Of a stretch of DNA of 64,000 nt, positions 36,387-46,835 are shown one piece after another (the stretch's first letter is position 1; every line of letters begins with the position of its first letter). The position numbers and the translations under genes were made by a program. The notes beneath the pieces were generated by a model. It did not search any database. It was not told the origin of the DNA and saw only the letters and a list, made by a program, of their open reading frames with translations. The DNA comes from an uncultured delta proteobacterium. GTDB lineage: Bacteria > Myxococcota > Myxococcia > Myxococcales > Anaeromyxobacteraceae. The stretch covers positions 32,001 through 96,000 of the forward strand of contig CAWHDZ010000016.1 of assembly GCA_963828255.1 (NCBI GenBank), written 5' to 3'.

Positions 36387-37734
36387 TGACGCGCGCCGCC
36401 CTCGCCCTCCTGCTGGTCCTCGCCGCCTCGCCGGCCCTGGCCCAGGACCGTCCCAGCGAGCAGGACATGTTCGAGACCGCCAGCCCGCAGCCGGAAGGCT
36501 TCGGAGCGCCAACGGCGCCCCCCGATCCCTTGAAGATCGGCGGGATGCTGTACCTGCGTCTCGACTCGCAGTGGCAGCAGGGGGTGCCGCCGTCGGCGTG
36601 GCTCCTCACCTCGCCCAACCTGCTCGACCTCTACGTGGACGTCCGCCCCAACGACCGGGTGCGCGCCTTCGTGCTGGGGCGCGCCCAGGTGAACCCGCTC
36701 GTGCCGGAGGGTGTCCAGTCCGCGGTCTACGGCCAGCTCCTCGCCACGCAGGTGGTGCTCGACCAGGCCTGGATCCGCTTCGACGTGGAGCGCGCCGTCT
36801 TCGTCACCGTGGGCAAGCAGCAGGTGACCTGGGGGGTGTCCCGCTTCTGGAATCCCACCGACTTCCTGCACTTCCGGCCGCGTTCCCCGCTCTCCACCTT
36901 CGACCAGCGGCAGGGGGAGTGGATGCTGAAGCTCCACGTCCCCTGGGAGAAGAACGGCTGGAACTTCTACGCCATCGCCCTCTTCAGCGGGAACCAGGTG
37001 GTGGACCAGCTGGGCAAGGTGGGCGGGGCGCTGCGCGCCGAGGTGGTGCTGGGGCCGCTGGAGGTGGCCGGGGCGATCGTGGCCCGCTCCGGGACGCTGC
37101 CGCGGCTCGGCCTGGAGGCCACCTGGGCGCTCTGGGAGCTCGACTTCTACGGGGGCGCGTCGCTCGGGAAGGGAACGCCCACCGGCCTCCCGCAGTGGGA
37201 GATGCTGACGCCGCCCGACTGGCAGGCGGACCCCCCAAACCCCGGAACCTACCAGGCCTACCAGCCCGGCTTCGCCCCCCAGGTCTCCGGGGGCGTCTCC
37301 TGGACCTGGAAGTACGACGACCTGCACACGCTCACCGTGGGGGCCGAGTACTTCTACAATTCGCTCGGATACGCCGACTCGGCCATCTACCCCTGGCTCA
37401 TCGTGAACGAGCAGTACGATCCGTTCTTCGTGGGGCGGAACCAGGTGGGGCTCTACCTGCTCCTGCCCAAGCCCTTCAGGTGGTACGACACCACCTTCAT
37501 CCTCTCCACGCTGGCCAACCTGACCGACCGCACCTTCATCAGCCGCATCGACTACTCCGTGCTGCTCATGACCTACCTTCGCGTGGAGGCCTACGCGGCG
37601 GTGCACTACGGCGCCGCGGGGGGGCCTTCCGCTTCGCCATCGACGTCCCGGCCTTTCCGCCCTATCTTCCGGAACCGGTGAGCATCCAGCCGCCCGTCGC
37701 CGATTTCGGGGTGGCGCTGCGGGTCAGCCTGTAG
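36386..37734 (+). CDS. Putative outer-membrane beta-barrel protein; frameshift near the 3' end, probably a sequencing indel
   Basis: Signal peptide ALA, LDQAW.RF and GKQ.VTWG....WNPTD. One extra G in the G7 run (37618-37624) gives the barrel-like C-terminus ...DFGVALRVSL. Confidence 0.7.
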
Positions 37735-37755
37735 AGTGCAACCAGGAGGCATCCC

Positions 37756-38142
37756 ATGGCCGAGTTCCGGATCCAGAAGAAGACCAGCCTCACCTTCGAC
37801 CAGGCGCTCGCCCGGGCGCAGGAGGCGCTCAAGGCCGAGGGGTTCGGCATCCTCACCCAGATCGACGTGCAGGCGACGCTGAAGGAGAAGATCGGCGCAG
37901 AGTTCCGCCCCTACCGCATCCTGGGCGCCTGCAACCCCAAGCTGGCCTTCCGCGCGCTCACCTCCGAGCTCGAGGTGGGGGTGATGCTGCCCTGCAACGT
38001 CATCGTCTACGAGGGGGACGACGGCAAGGCGGTGGTGACGGCGATCGACCCCATGGCCACCATCGCCGCCACGCACCCGGGCCTGAACGTCATCGCCGGC
38101 GAGGTGAAGTTCGCGCTCCAGCGGGCGCTGTCGGCGGTGTGA
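37756..38142 (+). CDS. DUF302 domain protein
   Basis: LKAEGFGILTQIDV..TLKEK, YRILGACNP and LPCNVIVYE. Confidence 0.9.
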   Translation: MAEFRIQKKTSLTFDQALARAQEALKAEGFGILTQIDVQATLKEKIGAEFRPYRILGACNPKLAFRALTSELEVGVMLPCNVIVYEGDDGKAVVTAIDPMATIAATHPGLNVIAGEVKFALQRALSAV

Positions 38143-38192
38143 GGCCGCGCGGCGCTGGACCTGCTTCCCGCTTTCCATGTGAGGATGGAGGG

Positions 38193-39167
38193 ATGACGAT
38201 CCGAATGACCGCGCTCAGGCTGATGGCCCTCACCATGACGGGCTGCGCCACCGTCTCCCAGCCCCCCGTGCCCCTCGAGTCGCCGGTGCCCAAGGCGCAG
38301 CAGATTTCGGCCCAGGCCAGCCTCGCCGTTCCAGCCACCAAGCGCTACAAGACCAAGGTCTCCATCGCCCGGTTCACCAACGAGACCAATTACGGGCGGT
38401 CGCTCATGTACGACGCCGACCTGGACGTCATCGGCAAGCAGGCATCCGACATGCTGGCCTCGCGCCTCATCGCCTCCGGCAAGTTCGTGGTGCTGGAGCG
38501 GCCCGACCTCCAGAAGGTCGCGAAGGAGCAGGAGATCGCCGGGCAGGCCTCGCTGGTGGGGTCCGACACGGTGATCATCGGCTCGGTGACCGAGTTCGGC
38601 CGCTCGGTGGGAGGGCAGTCGGGCTTCCTCTCCAGCACCAAGGTGCAGACCGCCAAGGCCAAGGTGGACATCCGGCTGGTGGACGTGAAGACCGGGCAGG
38701 CCTACTTCTCCGCCACCGGCGCCGGCCAGGCCAGCACCGAATCGGGCGAGATCGCCGGCTACGGCAGCCGGGCCGACTACGACGCCACGCTGAACGACAA
38801 GGCCATCGGCGCCGCCATCACCGACGTCATCGACCGGCTGGTCTCCAAGCTCGCGGACCGCCCATGGCGAAGCTACGTCCTCGACGTGCAGGGCCCCCAG
38901 GTCTTCGTCGCCGGCGGGAAGTTCCAGGGGCTCCGCCCCGGGGACACACTGCTGGTGATGGAGCCGGGCAAGACCTTGAAGAGCCAGCAGTCGGGCTTCG
39001 ACGTCGCCCTCCCGCCCACCCAGGTCGGGACCCTCGAGGTGGTGAGCCTGTTCGGGGACTCGGAGACCAACGAGGGGTCGGTGTGCAGGATCACCTCGGG
39101 TGCGCTCGACAAGGGGCGCGCCGGTTCGGTCTTCGTCGCCGCTCCCGCCAACGGAGGCACGCCGTGA
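38193..39167 (+). CDS. CsgG/HfaB family lipoprotein
   Basis: Lipobox-like MTGC, IARFTNET.YG, SGKF.VLER, GSVTEFGR and AKVDIRLVDV.TG. Confidence 0.8.
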   Translation: MTIRMTALRLMALTMTGCATVSQPPVPLESPVPKAQQISAQASLAVPATKRYKTKVSIARFTNETNYGRSLMYDADLDVIGKQASDMLASRLIASGKFVVLERPDLQKVAKEQEIAGQASLVGSDTVIIGSVTEFGRSVGGQSGFLSSTKVQTAKAKVDIRLVDVKTGQAYFSATGAGQASTESGEIAGYGSRADYDATLNDKAIGAAITDVIDRLVSKLADRPWRSYVLDVQGPQVFVAGGKFQGLRPGDTLLVMEPGKTLKSQQSGFDVALPPTQVGTLEVVSLFGDSETNEGSVCRITSGALDKGRAGSVFVAAPANGGTP

Positions 39168-39466
39168 AGACCCTCGCCCCGTCCATCGCCGCCGCGCTCC
39201 TGCTGGCCGGCTGCGCCATGCCGTCCACCACGGTCCGCACCACCGACACCCGGCCCAGCATCGCCATCGAGGGGGGCAGGCCCGGAACGGTGCTGCTCGT
39301 GGACGGGCAGCTGGTCGGCGACGCCGCCTCCTACAACGGGAAGCCGCTGGTCCTGCGCCTGGAGCCGGGGACGCACGAGGTGGAGATCCGGGCCCAGGAC
39401 GGGAAGCTCCTCTTCGCGCAGAAGATCTTCGTGGAGAGCGAGCTGAAGGTCATCCAGGTGCACTGA
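39164..39466 (+). CDS. Small lipoprotein (PEGA-like beta domain)
   Basis: Lipobox LAGC, LLVDG..VG and LEPGTHEVEI. GTGA overlap with the upstream gene. Confidence 0.7.
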   Translation: MKTLAPSIAAALLLAGCAMPSTTVRTTDTRPSIAIEGGRPGTVLLVDGQLVGDAASYNGKPLVLRLEPGTHEVEIRAQDGKLLFAQKIFVESELKVIQVH

Positions 39467-39476
39467 GGAGGCCAAC

Positions 39477-39878
39477 GTGTCCCGATCCCTCGTCGCAGCG
39501 GTCGTGGTCGCAGGGCTGGCCGCCTCCGGGTGCGCCGGCAAGGTCACCACCTACCGCTGGGGCAACTACGACGAGGTCCTCTACTCCCACTACAAGCACC
39601 CCCAGGAAAGGCAGGCCTACGTGGCCAGCCTGAAGACCATCATCCTGGCGGCGCAGCAGGAGGGGAAGACGGTTCCGCCCGGGATCTACGCGGAGTACGG
39701 ATACGCGCTCTACGAGGAGGGCAACGCCCCCGAGGCCATCAAGTACTTCGAGCGGGAGCGCGACACCTGGCCCGAGTCGCGGGTCTTCATGGAAAAGATG
39801 ATCGCCAACGCCCGCCGCCTGCCCCCGCCGCCACCCGCGGCGCCCGCCTCGGAGCTCGAGAAGGCGAGGCCGTCATGA
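39477..39878 (+). CDS. DUF4810 family lipoprotein
   Basis: Lipobox ASGC, Y.WG.Y, VPPG.YAEYG and E...WPES..FM. Confidence 0.8.
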   Translation: MSRSLVAAVVVAGLAASGCAGKVTTYRWGNYDEVLYSHYKHPQERQAYVASLKTIILAAQQEGKTVPPGIYAEYGYALYEEGNAPEAIKYFERERDTWPESRVFMEKMIANARRLPPPPPAAPASELEKARPS

Positions 39879-40558
39879 TGCGCCGCCTCCTGCTGGTCCT
39901 CCTGGCCGGGCCCGCCCTCCTCTCCGGGTGCGCCACCGTCCCCCCCGGCGCGTCGTACGAGAAGTTCGTGGCGGCGAACCCCCGGTCGATCCTGATCGTC
40001 CCGGTGGCCAACAAGTCGGTGGACGTGGACGCACCGGCCTACTTCCTCTCCACGCTGCCCGTTCCCGTCGCCGAGCGCGGCTACTACGTCTTCCCGGTCA
40101 ACGCCGTGAAACGCGTGCTGGAGGACGACGGCCTGTCCGACGCCTTCCTGGTCCACCAGGCGGACCCCATGCGCCTCGCCAGCCTGTTCGGCGCCGACGC
40201 GGTGCTCTACGTCACCATCGAGCGCTGGGACGCGCAGTACATGCTGATCTCCACCTCGGTGACGGTGGAGTTCGACTACGTGATGAAGGACGGGAAGACC
40301 GGCGACACCATCTGGACCAACCACCAGAAGATGACCTACAGCCCCTCCTCGTCGGGAGGAGGGGGCGGGCTCGGGGCGATCATCGCGGCCGTCGTGAGCG
40401 CGGCCATCGAGAAGGCGGCGCCCAGCTACATGCCGCTGGCCCGGCAGGCCAACGATGCGGCGGTGGAGTTCCCCGGCCCCGGCTTCCCTGCCGGCCCGTA
40501 CCGTGCCGAATACCGGCGCGACCTCGCGCCGGCCCCGGGGGCGAAGCCGGAGAAGTAG
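39875..40558 (+). CDS. DUF799 (GNA1162-like) lipoprotein
   Basis: Lipobox LSGC, PRSILIVP..N.S.DV.A, AERGYYVFPV, FGADAVLY.TI..W and GPY. Confidence 0.82.
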   Translation: MMRRLLLVLLAGPALLSGCATVPPGASYEKFVAANPRSILIVPVANKSVDVDAPAYFLSTLPVPVAERGYYVFPVNAVKRVLEDDGLSDAFLVHQADPMRLASLFGADAVLYVTIERWDAQYMLISTSVTVEFDYVMKDGKTGDTIWTNHQKMTYSPSSSGGGGGLGAIIAAVVSAAIEKAAPSYMPLARQANDAAVEFPGPGFPAGPYRAEYRRDLAPAPGAKPEK

Positions 40559-41125
40559 GAGGGCGCGGGGCGGAAGCCGAAGGGGGAGGAGCCCGAGCTT
40601 CCGCACGTCGCGCGGCCCTGTCTCTCCCGTCACCACCCCGTGCACGTCACGCTGCGCGTGCGCCCCCAGGTCTGGAACCTGCGCTCACGGCGGGGAATGG
40701 CGGTCGTCGAATCCGCCCTGCGCGGCGCCGCGCTTCGCCCCGGCTTCCGCCTGGCCCGCTTCAGCGTGCAGGGGAACCACGTCCACGTCGTCGTGGAGGC
40801 GGCGACCGCCGCGGCGCTCACGTCCGGGATGAAGGCGCTGGCGATCCGCCTGGCCAGGGGGATGAACCGGCTCATGGGCCGGCGCGGGCCGGTGCTGGAG
40901 AACCGCTACCACGCCCACGTCCTTCGGGCCCCGGCCGAGGTGCGCCGCGCCCTCGCCTACGTCGCCGACAACTTCGCGGGCCACGCGCTGAGACGGGGGG
41001 AGGCCGTGCCCGAGGGCTTCAGGGATCCGTTCGCTTCCGAGCACCGTCCGGACCTCGTCACCGTTCCGAGGTCCTGGCTTCTTCGGAGGGCGATGACATC
41101 CGCCGAATCAAGTGACGGGAAGTGA
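40559..41125 (+). mobile_element. HUH Y1 transposase (REP-associated tyrosine transposase-like), apparently 5'-truncated
   Basis: PVHVTLR, FSVQGNHVH (HUH), RYHAHVL, AYVADN (catalytic Tyr) and PRSWLL. The in-frame GAGRKPKG..PH.ARP segment starts right after the upstream TAG; first GTG is at 40640. Confidence 0.75.
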
Positions 41126-41212
41126 AGCAGGGGCAACGGGTTGGCTGCGGGCAGGAGGAAGAGAGGACACATACCCTCATCCGAAGGTGAAGTGGCCGCC
41201 CGGATGAAATGA

Positions 41213-41237
41213 GGCCGGCCCCGACGTGGGACCGGCC
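41213..41237 (-). terminator. Probable terminator hairpin downstream of maeB
   Basis: Minus strand GGCCGGUCCC-ACGUC-GGGGCCGGCC (10 bp including one G-U) followed by UCAUUUC. Confidence 0.45.
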
Positions 41238-41311
41238 CCGGTGCGCTTCGATCGATCGCCCCCCGGTGAGGAGGGTATCGCGGCGCCGGCACTCGCGTGA
41301 CGGCGTCGCTG

Positions 41312-43615
<2,304 letters not shown>

Positions 43616-43808
43616 CGGTGCTCCCTTCGTTCAGTGGAGGGAGCAAACAACCCGGTTCGGTCCGGGTTGTCAACGAAAGAAAATGATACTTCCCACCTTT
43701 GTAAATCGTGCAAATGACGGGTTTGCTCAGTCCTGACGGGAGCTGGAGGGACTCGGGTAAATCTCCGATCCCTGGGCCGCAGCCCCACCCCGGAGTAGAT
43801 TGCGCCCC

Positions 43809-44951
43809 GTGAAACCGCTCCGCATCTGCATGGTCATCGACGCATGGGACGACGCCAACAACGGCGGAGTGGTCTCCACGCGACGGTTCACCGAGCTGCT
43901 CCGGGCCAAGGGGCACACGGTCGAGATCCTCGCCACCGGCAACCCCGCCCCCGGGAAGTTCCCGCTCAAATCCTGGGTCATCCCCACGCCCGGCAACATC
44001 ATGCAGCGCATGCGGTTGCCCTTCGCCTGGCCCGACCCGAAGATCCTGGGCGAGGTGATTCCGCGCCAGGACGTGATCCACAACCACTTCCCGTTCTGGC
44101 TCGGCATCAAGTCCATCGGGGTGGCCCGGCGCGCCGGCGTGCCGGTGGTCTCCACGTTCCACGTGCAGGCCGAGCACCTGCTCCACAACGTGGGCATCCG
44201 GGGCCAGTGGGCGGTGGACCAGGTCTACCGGTTCTTCCTCAAGACCACCTACGACCGCTCCGACGCCGTGCTCTGCCCGAGCGCCTTCTCCGAGCGGGAG
44301 ATCCGCCGTTACGGCCTGCGGGCGCACACCGAGGTGATCTCCAACGGCGTCCCGTCCGACTACCGGCCGCTCCCCCCCGCGGAGTGCGAGCGGTTCGAGG
44401 GCAAGTTCACCATCCTCTCGGTGGGGCGGCTCGCCAAGGAAAAGCGGCACGACCTGCTCATCGAGGCCATCCGCAGCTCCCGCCACGAGAGGCGCATCCA
44501 GCTCGTGGTGCTGGGGGACGGGCCGCTCAAGGCCAAGCTCGAGGAGCACGCCAAGGTGCTCACGAACCCGCCGGTCTTCCGGTGGCTGAAGCCCCACGAG
44601 CTCATCCGCTACTACGGCGGGGCCGACCTCTGCGTGCACGCAGCGGACGTCGAGGTGGAGTGCATGTCCGTGCTGGAGGCCATGGCCTGCGGGCTGCCCT
44701 GCATCATCGCCGACTCGCCGCTCAGCGCCACGCCCCAGTTCGCCATCTCCCCCGAGTTCCTCTTCCCGACGGGCGACCGTGAGGCCCTCACGGCCCGGAT
44801 CGACCGGTGGATCGACGATCCGGAGGGGCTTTCGCGGGCGCGCGACGGCTACCGGCAGGCGGCGGAGCGGTACCGGATCGAGGTCTCGCTCGAGAAGCTG
44901 GTCGCGCTGTACCGCAAGGTCATCGCCGACCGTGCGGCCGCGAAGGGCTAA
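43809..44951 (+). CDS. Glycosyltransferase family 4
   Basis: NGGVVST, VSTFH, ISNGV, VGRL.KEK and E.....LEAMACG. Confidence 0.88.
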   Translation: MKPLRICMVIDAWDDANNGGVVSTRRFTELLRAKGHTVEILATGNPAPGKFPLKSWVIPTPGNIMQRMRLPFAWPDPKILGEVIPRQDVIHNHFPFWLGIKSIGVARRAGVPVVSTFHVQAEHLLHNVGIRGQWAVDQVYRFFLKTTYDRSDAVLCPSAFSEREIRRYGLRAHTEVISNGVPSDYRPLPPAECERFEGKFTILSVGRLAKEKRHDLLIEAIRSSRHERRIQLVVLGDGPLKAKLEEHAKVLTNPPVFRWLKPHELIRYYGGADLCVHAADVEVECMSVLEAMACGLPCIIADSPLSATPQFAISPEFLFPTGDREALTARIDRWIDDPEGLSRARDGYRQAAERYRIEVSLEKLVALYRKVIADRAAAKG

Positions 44952-45925
44952 GCTCCGGCGAACCCGGCCAGGCGCCCGCGGATGATGGCGTCGGCCTCGG
45001 ACATGATCCGGTCGACGAGCTCCTTCACCGTGGGGACGTCGTGGATGAGGCCGGCCACCATGCCGCAGGACCAGACGCCCGCGTCCATGGTCCCCTCCTG
45101 CATGATCTTCGGATAGACCCCGGCCACCTCCTCGCGGATGTCCTCGAACCTGAGGCTCGCCCCGAGGGCCTTCTCCTTCTCGAGCAGCCGGTCGGCGGCG
45201 GCGTTCTTCAGCACCCGCTCGGTGTTGCGCAGCGAGCGCATGACGAGGCGGGTGTCGAGCTCGGTGGCGGCCACGATGGCCTGCTTCACGTTCTCGTGGA
45301 CCGGCGCCTCCTTCGTGGCGATGAAGCGGGTGCCCATGTTGATGCCGTCGGCCCCCAGCGCGAGCGCAGCGACCAGCGACCGGCCGTCGGCCATGCCGCC
45401 CGAGGCGACGAACGGGATCGTGAGCTCGTCCGCCGCCCGCGGCAGGAGGATGAAGTTCGGGACGTCGTCCTCGCCGGGGTGCCCCCCGCACTCGAAGCCG
45501 TCCACGCTCACCGCGTCGCAGCCGATCGACTGGGCCTTCAGCGCGTGGCGGACCGAGGTGCACTTGTGGATGACCTTGATGCCCGCGGCGTGGAGGTGAG
45601 GGAGCACCTGCTGCGGGTTGTTGCCGGCGGTCTCGACGACCTTCACGCCCCCCTCGACGATGGCCCGCACGTAGCCGGGGTAGTCGGGCGACGCGATCGA
45701 GGGGAGGAAGGTGATGTTCACGCCGAAGGGCTTCGTGGTCATCTCCCGGCAGCGCCGGATCTCGTTCGCCAGCAGCTCGGGCGTGCGCTGGGTCAGGCCG
45801 GTGATGATGCCCAGCCCTCCGGCGTTCGACACCGCCGCGGCCAGCTCCGCGAAGCCCACGTAGTGCATGCCGCCCTGGACGATGGGGTGCTGGATGCCGA
45901 GCAGCTCGGTGATCCGGGTCTTCAT
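44948..45925 (-). CDS. Nitronate monooxygenase / FabK-like flavin oxidoreductase
   Basis: PIVQGGM, AVSNAGGLG, DGFECGGH, ASGG..DG and MGTRF. Confidence 0.9.
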   Translation of the reverse strand: MKTRITELLGIQHPIVQGGMHYVGFAELAAAVSNAGGLGIITGLTQRTPELLANEIRRCREMTTKPFGVNITFLPSIASPDYPGYVRAIVEGGVKVVETAGNNPQQVLPHLHAAGIKVIHKCTSVRHALKAQSIGCDAVSVDGFECGGHPGEDDVPNFILLPRAADELTIPFVASGGMADGRSLVAALALGADGINMGTRFIATKEAPVHENVKQAIVAATELDTRLVMRSLRNTERVLKNAAADRLLEKEKALGASLRFEDIREEVAGVYPKIMQEGTMDAGVWSCGMVAGLIHDVPTVKELVDRIMSEADAIIRGRLAGFAGA

Positions 45926-46037
45926 CTCGTTCCTTTCCGGGTGTCCGGTCCTTCGGTGTCCTGCCGCCCTCGCCCCTCGACGTCCGGAAGCTCGGGCAGG
46001 GTGCGGGATTGTAGCGGGAAATGGTAGAGATCCGGAC

Positions 46038-46826
46038 GTGCGCCCGCCCCGCCTGCCCCGCTTCCTGGTGAACGTCCTCGCGGCCGTGTCCTACGTGATC
46101 TCGGTCCTGATCATCGTCCTCGGGCTTCCCGTCCTGGCGTTGCTCGTCCTGGTCACCGTTCCGTTCGACCGGACGCGGCGAATTCCGGGCCTCTTCCTGC
46201 GGCGGCTCGGCTCGACCCCGACCTACGTCTTCCCGTTCTGGCACATTCGCATCGAGGGGGAGCAGCCGAGCACCGGCGCCTACGTCTGCGTCTCGAACCA
46301 CCAGTCCTTCCTGGACATCTTCGGGATGGCCCGCCAGCGCCGCGAGATGAAGTGGATCGCCAAGGAGGAGATCTTCAAGCTGCCCCTCTTCGGCCACTAC
46401 TTCAGGCTCTCCGGCGACATCCCGGTGAACCGCGGCGACCGCGAGAGCGGAGGGGCGGCGCTCACCAAGGCCCGCTGGTATCTCGACCACGGCATGCCCG
46501 TCATGATCTTCCCGGAGGGGACCCGATCCCGCGACGGGAAGATGGGCGCGTTCAAGCCGGGTGCGTTCCGGCTCGCCATCGAGGCGCAGGTGCCCATCCT
46601 TCCGGTTGCGGTGACCGGATCGGCCTACGGCATGCCCAAGGGCAGCCCCTGGATCCGCCCCACGCTGGTGCTGGTCCGCGTGCTCGAGCCCATCGAGACG
46701 AAGGGGATGAGCGGCGCCGACGTGGTGGGGCTGATGGCGACGACGAGGGAGCGCATCGTTGCGGCGGAGGCGGAGCTCGCCGCCCGCCGGGCCGCGCTGG
46801 GCTGGGAGACGCTGGCGGCGGGGTAG
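46038..46826 (+). CDS. 1-acyl-sn-glycerol-3-phosphate acyltransferase (PlsC family)
   Basis: SNHQSFLD, FPEGTRS and FK.GAF. Confidence 0.92.
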   Translation: MRPPRLPRFLVNVLAAVSYVISVLIIVLGLPVLALLVLVTVPFDRTRRIPGLFLRRLGSTPTYVFPFWHIRIEGEQPSTGAYVCVSNHQSFLDIFGMARQRREMKWIAKEEIFKLPLFGHYFRLSGDIPVNRGDRESGGAALTKARWYLDHGMPVMIFPEGTRSRDGKMGAFKPGAFRLAIEAQVPILPVAVTGSAYGMPKGSPWIRPTLVLVRVLEPIETKGMSGADVVGLMATTRERIVAAEAELAARRAALGWETLAAG

Positions 46827-46835
46827 GGCGGCGCC

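Noticed and set aside
38193..39167. Curli biogenesis locus
   Set aside because: Only a CsgG-like fold is present; there are no curlin repeats or csgE/csgF in the window.
41151..41215. Glycine-riboswitch-like GAGAG...CCGAAGG and hammerhead-like GATGA/GAAA words
   Set aside because: There is no CTCTCAGG element or CTGANGA core, and the spacer is between convergent genes with nothing downstream to regulate.
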